A stretch of DNA of 64,000 bases, taken from the NCBI RefSeq assembly GCF_009914755.1, contig NC_060939.1. One strand, given 5' to 3'. The notes beneath the pieces were generated by a model, which ran no database searches, was not told the DNA's origin, and saw nothing but the letters and a program-made list of their open reading frames with translations. The stretch is from the human T2T-CHM13v2.0 reference genome, Homo sapiens. The position numbers and the translations under genes are program-made. This document shows positions 53,898-64,000 of this stretch, in pieces (the first letter of the stretch is position 1; each line of letters begins with the position of its first letter).

Positions 53898-54758
53898 TAA
53901 AACGCTTCCCCTCTCCTTCTCTTCCCCCTTTTGAAGTCCCCAGTGTCTACTGTTCCCATCTTTCTGTCCATGTGTACTCAATATTTAGCTCCCACTTTTG
54001 AGAAAATGCAGTATTTGATTTTCTTTTTCTGTGATAATTCACTTAGGATAATGGCTTCCAGCTGCATCCATGTTGCTGCAAAGGACATCATTTCATTCTT
54101 TTTATGGCTGCGTGGTATTCCATGGTGCATATGTACCAACTTCCTTTATCCGGTCCACTGTTGATGGGCATTTAGGTTGATTCTATGTCTTTCCTATTGT
54201 GAATATTGCTGCGATAAACTAATGGGTACAGGTGTCTTTTGTAGAATGATTTCTTTTCCTTTAGGTATATATCCAGTAATGGGATTGCTGGGCTGAATCG
54301 TAGTTCTATTTTTAGTTCTCTAAGAAATTTCCAAACTGCTTTCCACAGGAACTAAACTAACTTACATTCCCACCAATAGTGTATAAGCTTCCCCTGTTCA
54401 CCAAAAGACCAGGGAGAAAAGTAGGTTACAGATCATTCTCTCTTCCCTCCCAACAGTGCAGGTGGATGCAATTAGCCAATTAGCTGGGTCTGGCAGGAGG
54501 ATGAAGACATATCCAAATGGTGGATGGTAAACACACATATATTTCAGTCAGGAAGGAAACCTCACCAACACTTGCGATTTTTTGACTTTATTATAGCCAT
54601 TCTGACTGGTGTAAGGTGATATCTCATTGTGGTTTTTATTTGCATTTTTCTGATGATTAGCAATGAGCATTTCTTTATATGTTGGCTGGCCATTTGTATA
54701 TCTTCTTTTGAGAAATGTCTGTTCATGTTCTTTGCCCACTTTTAAATGGGGTTATTTG

Positions 54759-55014
54759 GTTTTGTTTGTTTGTTTTTTGAGACGGAGTCCTGCTCTGTCG
54801 CCAAGGCTGGAGTGCAGTGGCACAATCTCGAAGTAGCTGGGACTACAGCGCACGCCATCATGTCTGGCTAATTTTTTTTATTGTTTGTATTTTTAGTAGA
54901 GACAGGGTTTTGCCATGTTGGTCAGGCATGTTTCAAACTCCTGACCTCAAGTGATACCCCTGCCTCAGCCTCCCAAATTGCTGGAATTACAGGTGTGAGC
55001 CACCACACCCAGCC
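54759..55014 (-). mobile_element. AluS with an internal deletion in the right arm
   Basis: cacaatctcg is joined directly to aagtagctggg. TSD ggttatttg at 54750-54758 and 55016-55024. Confidence 0.88.
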
Positions 55015-56139
55015 TGGTTATTTGTTTTTTCTTGTTCAGTTATTTATAGATTCTGGATATGAGTCCTTCGTTGGATGCATAGATTGCAAATATTTTCTCC
55101 CATTCTGTAGGTTGTCTGTTTACTCTGTTGATAGTTTCTTTTGCTGTGCAGAAGCTCTTTAGTTTAATTAGGTCTCGCTTGTCAATTTTTGTTTTGTTGG
55201 TTTTGTTGTGTTTGTTTCTGAGGTCTTAGTCAGAAATTCTTTGCCTAGCCCAATATCCAGAAGAGTTTTCTTCTAGGATTTTTATAGTTTGAGGTCTTAA
55301 CATTTAAGGCTTTAGTCCATCTTTAGTTTTATTCTTCTGCATATGGTTAGCCAGCTATCCCAACACCATTTAGTAAATAGACTGTCCCTTCCCAATTGTT
55401 TCTTTTTGTCAATTTTGTAAAAGACTAGTTGGTTGTAGGTGTGCAGCTTTATTTCTGGGTTTTCCACTTTGTTCTGATTGTCAGTTTTGAACCACTAGCC
55501 ACTAACCATGCTGTTTTGGTTACTGTAGCCTTGTAGTATGGTTTGAAGTCAAGTAATGTGATGCTTCCAGCTTTGTTCTTTTTGCTTAGGATTGGTTCAG
55601 CTATTCAGGCTCTTTTTTGGTTCTATATGAATTTTAGAATCTTTTTTTCTAATTCTGTGAAAAAATGATATTGGTAGTTTGATAGGAATTGCATTGAATC
55701 TGTAGAATGTTTTAAGCAAAGTGGGCATTTTAATGAGATTGATTCTTCCAACCCATGAGCATGGAATGAATGCTTTTTCCATTGGTTTGTGTCATGTATG
55801 ATTTTTTTCATCAGTGTTTTGTAGTTAGTTCGCCTTGTAGAAATCTTTCACCTCCTTGGTTAGACATGTTCCTAGGTATTTTTGTGTGTGTCTCCTGTAA
55901 ATGGAATTGCATTCTTGATTTGGTTCTCAGCTTGAACATTATTGGTGTATAGAAATGCTACCAATTTTTGTACATTGATTTTGTATTCTGAGGCTTTCCT
56001 GAAGTCATTTATCAGGACTAGGAGTCTTTTGGTGAAACCTTTAGAGTTTTCTAGACATAGAGCCACACTGTCAGTGAAGAGAAGTAATTTGACTTTTTTT
56101 TTTTATGAAGACTTGCTTTATAACCAAGGCTGTGGCCGA

Positions 56140-56470
56140 CCTTAGAGTATGTTACATGTGCAGATAAGAAGAATCTATATTCTGTGGTCGTTGGGTGGAG
56201 TATTCTGCAGTTGTCTGTTAGGTCCAGTTGGTCAAGTGTCCAATTTAAGCCCAGAATTTGTTAGTTTTCCACCTTGATGATCTATCTAATGCTGTTAGTG
56301 GGGTGGGGTGTTGAAATCCTTCACTATTATTGTGTGGCTATTTTCTTAGGTTTAGGAGTAATTGTTTCATAAATCTGGGTGCTCTAATGTTAGGTGTGTG
56401 CATGTATTTAAGACAGTTAAATATTCTTGTTGAGTTGAACCTTTTATCATTATGTAATGCGCTTGTCCTT
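56140..56470 (-). mobile_element. L1 ORF2 endonuclease-region fragment
   Basis: gtgcagataagaagaatctatattctgtggtcgttgggtggagtattctg...ttgatgatctatctaatgctgttagtgggg. Confidence 0.75.
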
Positions 56471-56796
56471 TTTAACTCCCTGTTTGGGGGTCTTCTACTT
56501 TCCTTGAGGTGTTTCAAGAATCATGGGAAAGTTCCTCTCAGGTCTAAAACACTGTCCTCTTTTGTATTGCACTACTTGGTCCCCTTGGCTTTTAGGGTTA
56601 CCAGAGATTACTTGGTACTGTGAGAGGACTAGACCTTGGTGTGTGTGATGGCTAGAAGTTATGAGCAACTGTTTATAGTGTTAGATGGCTAACAGCAGTG
56701 TTGTTTACAGGAAATAGTTATTATTACAGGGGACTACTTGGTTCTTTGTGTTTGGATAAGAAAAGCATGGTTTAGTCCTAAAAACTGCTTACTTCC

Positions 56797-56927
56797 TTTT
56801 GATTTTTGTAAAATGGGATCTCATTATGTTGCCCAGGCCAGTCTCAAACTCTTGGCCTCAAGCAATCCTCCCACCTCGGCCTTTCAAAGTCCTAAGATGA
56901 CAGTGTGAGTCACTGCACCCATTGGCC
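56797..56927 (-). mobile_element. FLAM-type Alu monomer
   Basis: tctcattatgttgcccaggccagtctcaaactcttggcctcaagcaatcctcccacctcggcc. Confidence 0.85.
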
Positions 56928-57372
56928 CTGTTTCTTAAAGGGCTCTACCCTAAAGCCAGTAATCTGGCTCTAGAATTAAGAGACAAGCTAAGTTAAAAAA
57001 CAAAACAAAACAAAAAAAACCTATCAAACTAAATTAGTCTTGTGAAACTCTTTGTAAAAAGAAATTTATATCTTTAAAGGAAACTTCCATTTGTAAGGGC
57101 ATCTCTGTCTCTGCACCTAAACCACTAGGCACTTTAACTATGGGGAAGACAACGAACTAAAATTTATATAATAAATCTTATCTTTGTTTAGATCTACGTT
57201 TGTGCCTTTGAGACATACCTTTTCTACCGGTTTCACCTAACTCATGTCTTTGGAGATGCAAATTTACAGTGGTATAGCTAACAGTTGTTTACGGTATGTA
57301 ACAGGCATTCAAGTTATTAATAGTCTTTAAAGTAGGGGAGAAGCTTTGAAAACTGCAAATGCAGGATCTTAT

Positions 57373-58456
57373 TGAGAGGTGACAACGTGCTAGCAGCCCT
57401 CGCTAGCTCTTGGCACCTTCTCTGCCTCGGCATCCACTCTGGCGGTGCTGGAGGAGCCCTTCAGCCTGCCACTACGCTGTATGGGCCCCTCTCTGGGGCT
57501 GGCCTATGCCGGAGCCCTCTCCCTCTGCTCGTGGGAAGGTGTAGAGGGAGAGACGCCAGCGGGAGCCGGGGCTGCGCGTGGTGCTCGCCGGCCGGGGCAG
57601 GTTCCTGGTGGGCACGGGCTGGGCGGGCCCCGCACTTGGCGCGCTGGCCGGCACCTGCTGGGCTTGATGGGTGATGAGCTCACTCTGGACTGCGGGAGAG
57701 CCCAGGCTAGGTGCCAAGCAAAGTCCCGCGGCGAATGCCATTCAGAGTCAAAGCCGGCTGGGCTTCTGCGTCCCTGCGACTTGGAGAACTTTTCTGTCTA
57801 GCTAAAGGATTGTAAATGCACCAATCAGTGCTCTCTGTCTAGCTAAAGATTTGTAAACCCACCAATCAGCGCTCTGTGTCTAGCTAAAGGTTTGTAAATG
57901 CACCAATCAGCACTCTGTCAAAATGGACCAATCAGGACTCTGCAAAACGGACCAATCAGCTCCCTGTAAAATGGACCAATCAGCAGGATGTGGGTGGGGC
58001 CAGATAAGGGAATAAAAGCAGGCCACCCCCTACAAGCAGTGGCAGTGGGCTCCAGTGCTCTTCCACTTTGGGGAAGCTTTGTTAGCTGACTGTTGGCAAT
58101 AAATTTTACTGTTGTTCATTCTTTCTGTCCACGTTGCCTTCAAGAGCTGTAACACTCACTGTGAAGGTATGCAATTTCACTCTTGAGGCCAGTGAGACCA
58201 CGAATCAGCCAGAAGGAACAAACAACTCTGGATGTGCCACCTTTAAGAGCTGTAACACTCCCCATGAAGGTTTGCAGTTTCACTCCTGAAGTCAGCAAGA
58301 CCACAAACCCACCAGAAGAAACTTCGGACATATGTGAATCTCTGAAGGAACAAACTGTGGACACACCACCTTTTAAGAACTGTAACACTCACCATAAGGG
58401 TGCCCGGCTTCATTCTCAACGTTAGTGAGACTGAGACCCCAGCAATTCTGGACACA
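57373..58456 (+). mobile_element. LTR12-family (HERV9) solo LTR, older variant
   Basis: Starts tgagaggtgacaacgtgctagcagccctc and ends aattctggacaca. Tandem ccaatcagc repeats at 57820-57985, agataagggaataaaagc promoter and repeated gctgtaacactc U5 units. Confidence 0.93.
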
Positions 58457-58499
58457 TAAATGTATAAGGTGTGCTTCTGTCTGTGTGTTTGTATGTCTA

Positions 58500-58799
<300 letters not shown>

Positions 58800-59024
58800 A
58801 TGTGTATATGTTTCTAGTATCATTTAGATATAGTTCACTACCGAGTTATATGAAAGAGCTCTAATCAATTGGCTTAAAGAAAAGTAAGTGCTTCAATGAA
58901 ATATTTTCTCAGGAAAATAGAAGCTAGTTCAAATGCCATTAATTCATGTGACTTCAATGATCTTTGTTAAATAAAACTAGTCTCTAAATTCTCTTCAGTA
59001 ATTTAATTTTTAAAGTCATGTTAT

Positions 59025-59707
59025 TGATAGCAACAGGAGACAGACAAATTCCTAGGCAGACAGGGACGGGTTGCTGGTAAGGCTCGACCTTCAACCTGAG
59101 GACTGAGCAGCTAGTTCTGGATAGAGTCCACGACTGGAGTGAAAACTTCTGTCCCCATCTTATCCACTTTCTCTCAATTGGTTCCTTCTGGATGATGCCT
59201 TTTAACCAATCAAATGGTGCTCTCTCCAAGCCCACCTGTGGACCAATCAGCATGCATTCCCCCATTCTAAGCCCATAAAAACCACAGACTCAGCCTCATA
59301 AACAGCTACCTGCTTTCTTGGTCACGTCTCACAGCTGAGACCTTTCCTTCTGTAGCTCAATAAAATTCTTCTCTGCCTTACTCGCTCTCCAGTGTTTGCA
59401 TACCTTATTCTTCTTGGAACCCAGAACTTGCTAAGCTGCAGGGAGCAGGAGTGAAAAAGAGCTATAACCCTCCCTCCTGCTTGCAAAACAACAGGTGAGA
59501 AGAAGCCATAGGGTGCCACTCCCTCCTGCTCACTGAATTACAGGAGCAAAAGAGCTGTGACACACCTGGCTGGCTCACTGAGCTGCAGATGGTGCAAGTA
59601 AAAGAGCTGTAACACTCCCTCCTGTTCACCAAACTATGGAAGCAAAAAATCCACTGGGTGCTGCTCCCTCCCACTTGCTGAACTACTGGAGAGAAGAAGC
59701 CACAACA
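59025..59707 (+). mobile_element. LTR27/MER52-group ERV1 solo LTR
   Basis: Starts tgatagcaacaggagacagacaaattcctaggcagacaggg. Contains ccaatc boxes, cataaaa, aataaa and repeated aaaagagctgtaac U5 units. Ends in CA. Confidence 0.75.
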
Positions 59708-59723
59708 GTAGGTTAAATTAAGT

Positions 59724-60214
59724 TACCAAGACCACCTCAGTCATGGAGACCCCAACCCAGCGGTGCTAAAGAATTGAAGACAAAGACACAGAAATAGAGT
59801 ACAAAGTGGGATCGGGGCTGACGGCCTTCAGAACTGAGAGCCACAAACAGAGTTTGACCCACATATTTATTGACAGCAAGCCAGTGATAAGCATTGTTTC
59901 TATAGGTTATAGATTAGCTAAAAGCATTCCTTACGGGAAACAAAGCATTCTTAGCAAGGAGTAGAGAAACAGGTTCTGGCTGATTATCAGCAGCAAAAAC
60001 ATGTTAAGGCACAGCCTGCTCCTGCTATTGTTTGTGGTTTGAGCAGTTTCCCACTTTAGGTGGCCAGGCGTTCCTTGCCCTGCTCCAGTAAACCAACAAC
60101 TTCTAGCCATGTGCATCACAGCCATCACGAGCATGTCGCGTTGCTGCAGAAATCCTGTTTATGGCCAGTTTCTTTAAGGCCTATTTATGACAGGCTTAGG
60201 GCTTGTTCCCAGCA
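59724..60214 (-). mobile_element. MER9-family (HERV-K HML-3) solo LTR
   Basis: The minus strand starts TGCTGGGAACAAGCCC...AACTGGCCATAAAC. Perfect 6-bp TSD ttaagt at 59718-59723 and 60215-60220, the length typical of betaretroviruses. Confidence 0.88.
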
Positions 60215-60341
60215 TTAAGTAATCCTAGGTTTTTCAACAGAAATGAGGGTTACTAAGAGAATAGTAGTTAATATATGTGATTAAAACTAGTAGATATAAG
60301 AGAAAAAAAATTCTACATACAGGGTGTATAAAGTAAGATGT

Positions 60342-60900
60342 TGATGTAGTTTGGATGTTGTTTCCTCTAAGCTTCATGTTGAATTGTAATCTCCCATGTT
60401 GGAGGTGGGTCTGGTGGGAGGTGATTGGATCATGAGAACGAATACCTGATGAGTAGTTTAATGCCATCCCCTTGGTGCTGTCCTCACAATGGTGAGTTTT
60501 CACAAGATCTGGTTGTTTAAAAAGGGTGTGGCACCTCCCCCCCCCCCATGGCTCCTGCTATCACTGTGCGTGACATTTGCTCCCTCTTCAGCTTCTGCCA
60601 TGATTGCAAGCTTCCTGAGGCCTCCCTAGAAGCTGAACAGATGCCAGCACGATGCTTCCTATAAAGCCTACAGAACCATGAGCCAATTAAACACCTTTGC
60701 TTTATAAATTACCCAGACTTTGATGTTTATAGAAATGTAAGAACAGCCTAGTACAGAAAATTGGTACCAAGGAGTGGGGCACTGCTATAAAAATACCTGA
60801 AAATATGAAAGAAACTTTGGAATTGGGTGGCAGGTTGAAAGACTTCGGATGGCTTAGAAGAAGAAAGGAAAATGAGGGAAAGTTTGGAGCTTCTTAGAGA
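60342..60900 (+). mobile_element. MSTA-like 5' LTR (60342-60755) plus the start of MST internal sequence
   Basis: tgatgtagtttggatg...cagcctagtaca, followed by gaaaattggtacc...ctgctataaaaatacctgaaaat. Confidence 0.85.
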
Positions 60901-61406
60901 CCAAAAACCACTTGTACCCCAAAAGGTATTGAAATATATATATACACCACAAAGGTTTTAATACAACACTATTGAAGGTTGGGTAGACCAAAGGGAGAAC
61001 TTGCTGGTCCTTCAAAATTAAAAATCCCCAAACTAGTTTTTGGTATTTGCCCCAGATTGGAGAAATTTCTTCAATCAGAAGGCAAAGGTTACAATGAGAA
61101 AGCTGATTAACAATTGCCTGGGAAAATGTTGAGGCAAATTAGTCAAGATTGACAAAAGAGCCTTGGTCCCCTGGCTCAAGTCACTGCTGAGAACCCAAAT
61201 CCTTTTTTACCAGAGAGGGTGAAATGGTCTGGGAGTGGAAAAGAAAAAGTTTCCTGGGACCAGAACATAAAAATGTAAGGGCTGATATGATTATGAAGGT
61301 TGGAATGTTTAAATAGGCTTTATGTAAAGTACTCATGTCTCTTTTACCTAAATGTCTTATGGAAAATGGGTATTGTGTCTGACTGAGGAATGTTTTCCCT
61401 AACTAG

Positions 61407-61856
61407 TAAGGAAGGAGACCACCTATCCCATTGTCTCCTGTTTCAAAAAGGCAGCAAAAAGTTAAAAAGTAGCAGAAGTGAGATCAATAGCCAGACGGCT
61501 TGGCACCAAGAACCAGGTCTGGTAGTTAAAGATCAACTCCTGACCTAACCACTTGTGTTATCTATAGATTCCAGACATTGTTTGAGGAAGACTTGTGAAA
61601 CCTTCTGTTCTGTTCTGCTAGCCCCCATCACTGATGCAGGTAGCCCTCAGTCACATAGCCCCCACTTGTGCAATGTATCACGACCTTTTCACATGGACCC
61701 CTTAGAGTTGTAAGCCCTTATAAAAGGGACATGAGTCTTTACTTTGGGAAGCTTGGATCTTGAGACGTGAGTCTACCTATGCACCCAGCTGATTAAAGCC
61801 TCTTCCTTCCTAAAACCGGTGTCCAAGAAGTTTTGTCTGCGACTGGTCCTGCTACA
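61407..61856 (+). mobile_element. LTR2-family (HERV-E/Harlequin) solo LTR
   Basis: Starts taaggaaggagaccacc and ends gttttgtctgcgactggtcctgctaca. Perfect 4-bp TSD ctag at 61403-61406 and 61857-61860. Confidence 0.88.
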
Positions 61857-61930
61857 CTAGTACTATAAAACAGAAGGCATGTAAATCTGCCCTTCCAGCA
61901 ATATGAACTGGACATGCTAGGTGGGAAGTG

Positions 61931-62136
61931 GTGTATCAAGTGAATGAGCTACAGCTGTGACAGTTTAGCATTTTTCTTTGAAACATATGGCTACTTGAGA
62001 TCATGGGAGTGCTAGAAGCAAGGGGCCAGCAAGTCTGGACACATTCCAAAGGCCAGGAGGGGTTTTACCTTGGACCCTGGACATGTTCGAAGCCCTGCCT
62101 CAGCTTCTCTCCCAACACTTAGTGTTTCTCCCAACA
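61931..62136 (-). mobile_element. Truncated 3' LTR of LTR14 family (HERV-K14/HML-1)
   Basis: The minus strand starts TGTTGGGAGAAACACTAAGTGTTGGGAGAGAAGCTGAGGCAGGGCTT, directly after the polypurine tract AAAAAAGAAAAGGGGGACA (62137-62155). Confidence 0.8.
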
Positions 62137-62186
62137 TGTCCCCCTTTTCTTTTTTGTAAAACTGCCACAGCTATCATTGCTTGTTC

Positions 62187-62470
62187 TCAATGGCGGCTTT
62201 CTCTCCAGCAGTGGCTTCTGCATCTGCAGACTAAAAGAAGACAGCACAAGCACATAATTATTAGAATAAAATCTGCAAGTGTAGAGCTTCCAATGGCCTT
62301 AATCCATTTAAGAGGATTGATTGTAGACAACCCATTGGCTGTCTTGTTCAAAGTATCAGTTCCAGGGAGCAGGGCTAAGTGAGCCTGAGAGGCTTCAAAA
62401 ACCTGCTCTTTTAGTTTTACTATCTTTAGGATGAGATTTTCATCTCTGCCCTCCAGATGGCATTTAAGAG
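62187..62470 (-). pseudogene. HERV-K Env transmembrane-subunit remnant
   Basis: CHLEGRDENLILKIVKLKEQVFEASQAHLALLPG...INPLKWIKAIGSSTLADFILIIMCLCCLLLVCRC resembles the HML-2 Env TM ([28 protein letters not shown]...LNPVTWVKTIGS...LFCLLLVCRC). Confidence 0.9.
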
Positions 62471-63373
62471 TAACATAACACAACTTCAAATCCAAAAGGT
62501 CCTCTTTTTGTTTTTAAATTAATTGAGCAAGGCAATTGCAGGCTGTGCAGCCCTTAATTGCTGGTTGGTGATCCAGCTTCATTTTTCTTAGCCCTTATTC
62601 AAAATGGAGTCGCTCTGGTTTGAATGCTTCTTACATATTTCCCCCTTCCCTTTTACAAGAGGACCCTTAATTCTAATGGTTGCAGAAGGATGAAGGTCCA
62701 TCTTCTGTAACTTCTTCATGCTGAATAGGGGCAATGATATTCCTGCCTAACTATTAGGGTCTCTTGTATTCAGGGTAGAGAGGAGTTCAGTCAGAAAGCA
62801 TTGGTCTATTAAGCATCCGTTGTACCTCTGAATCCCAGCAAAAGGTAAAACCCTGGTGCTTCAGCAGTTTCTCAGCTTCCTGTGTGGTTTTCTTGATCTA
62901 ACCCCATGTTATAGGGGTTGATGTCAGCATGACTCTGGTTGGTCCTCGTTCCACATTCACATTCAGATTCAACTGGCTCATGGCTCATACTGGGGGAACC
63001 CAGTCCATGGTTTGGATCCATGGGTCCCCCTCATCTCCTGCTCCATGGTTGTACACATCTTGAGGGCACCCACACGGTGTTCATCTCCCGCAAAAACACA
63101 AGCATACCCTCACCCCACATTAGTAAATCTAGCAAAACAGAAGCAAAGGCCTTTATTATTACTATTATTATTGCTGAAGCATTTGAAACTCAGCTTCTAC
63201 CTCTTTGGTTAATTACCGCGGGGTAAAACTTACCATTGATAGCGAGAAACAGGCTTTTTCTGATTAACAGAAGGCATAGAGAAAGCAAACCGAGGCTTGT
63301 CCTTCTTGTACAATAGTATAGCAAAAAAGCAATCCTTAAACCTTCAATTTAAAGGTGGGTCCACTAGACGCTG

Positions 63374-64000
63374 TGGTTCATGATAGATCTTCAGATATTT
63401 GGTGGGCACCCACACAGATACCTGATTGTCACCTGGAGAGACACAAGCAAATCCTCTTCCTCATATAATTATCTTTCCTTTTTCCCAACTGTATGTGCAT
63501 CCCTCCACCATATATCTTGTCCAGCCTTTTTATTTTCCTTTTGTCCTGTCAGGTGTTGTTCAGCTGCAGTCATGTGTTAATCTTATTGTAAATTTAAAAA
63601 ATTTAATGTTAATAAAGCTAAATGCAGTTGCATATGCTGTGTCTTATATTCCGGTCCCCTCCTTTTTGCTTTTGTATTTGAATTTTTAAAGTACGATTAG
63701 CTCTTTCCACCATTGCCTGTCCTTGCGAGTTATATGGAATACCTGTAGTATGGGTAATATTCCATTGTTGAAAATATGTAGCCATGGCTTTACTATAGTA
63801 TCCTGGGCCATTATCAGTTTTGATTTTTTCTGGGATTCCCATAACTGAAAAGCAAGATAAAAGATGTCTTTTAACATGAGCTATAGCTTCCCCTGTTTGA
63901 CATGTGGCCCAGATAAAATGTGAATAGGTTATCTACTGAAACATGAACAAAGGACAATTTTCCAAAAGCAAGAATATGTGTTACATCCATCTGCCAGATG
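63374..64000 (-). pseudogene. HERV-K pol integrase remnant
   Basis: [14 protein letters not shown]...[23 protein letters not shown] (DDE core) and C-terminal [24 protein letters not shown], with frameshifts and stops. Confidence 0.92.

Larger units (their letters stand above)
62137..64000 (-). mobile_element. HERV-K14(HML-1)-like proviral internal region (pol 3' end and deleted/mosaic env), continuing beyond the window
   Basis: Integrase and Env TM remnants are in the expected order upstream of the PPT and LTR14-like LTR. Confidence 0.85.

Noticed and set aside
62187-63842. Functional (domesticated) retroviral Env or integrase
   Set aside because: Only short frames remain, with stops and frameshifts, a missing env SU and a truncated 3' LTR.

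Overview
This is primate, almost certainly human, genomic DNA from the C2CD4B locus (chr15q22.2 by established knowledge). The only credible protein-coding gene is C2CD4B on the minus strand. It has a CpG island, a TATA/Inr promoter, a short non-coding exon 1, a 170-bp intron and a single coding exon (364 aa), followed by an AU-rich 3'UTR with two AATAAA signals. The rest is intergenic and dominated by repeats: MIR/L2, old L1s with nested insertions, about 14 Alus, DNA-transposon MITEs, MaLR LTRs, two LTR12 solo LTRs and two tailless U2 snRNA fragments. The last 7.5 kb is a dense nest of endogenous retrovirus pieces ending in a minus-strand HERV-K14(HML-1)-like provirus. I see no convincing wholly new gene system. 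The best leads are: (1) a mosaic provirus carrying two different integrase C-termini plus a captured class I ERV polypurine-tract/LTR junction; (2) an intact LTR12C solo LTR oriented toward C2CD4B as a possible cryptic promoter; (3) a kB-motif cluster plus an ARE/alternative polyadenylation switch around C2CD4B; (4) an apparent Pro80Leu allele; (5) a fold-back rearranged Alu monomer. Repeat subfamily names come from my recollection of consensus sequences and need RepeatMasker/Dfam confirmation.
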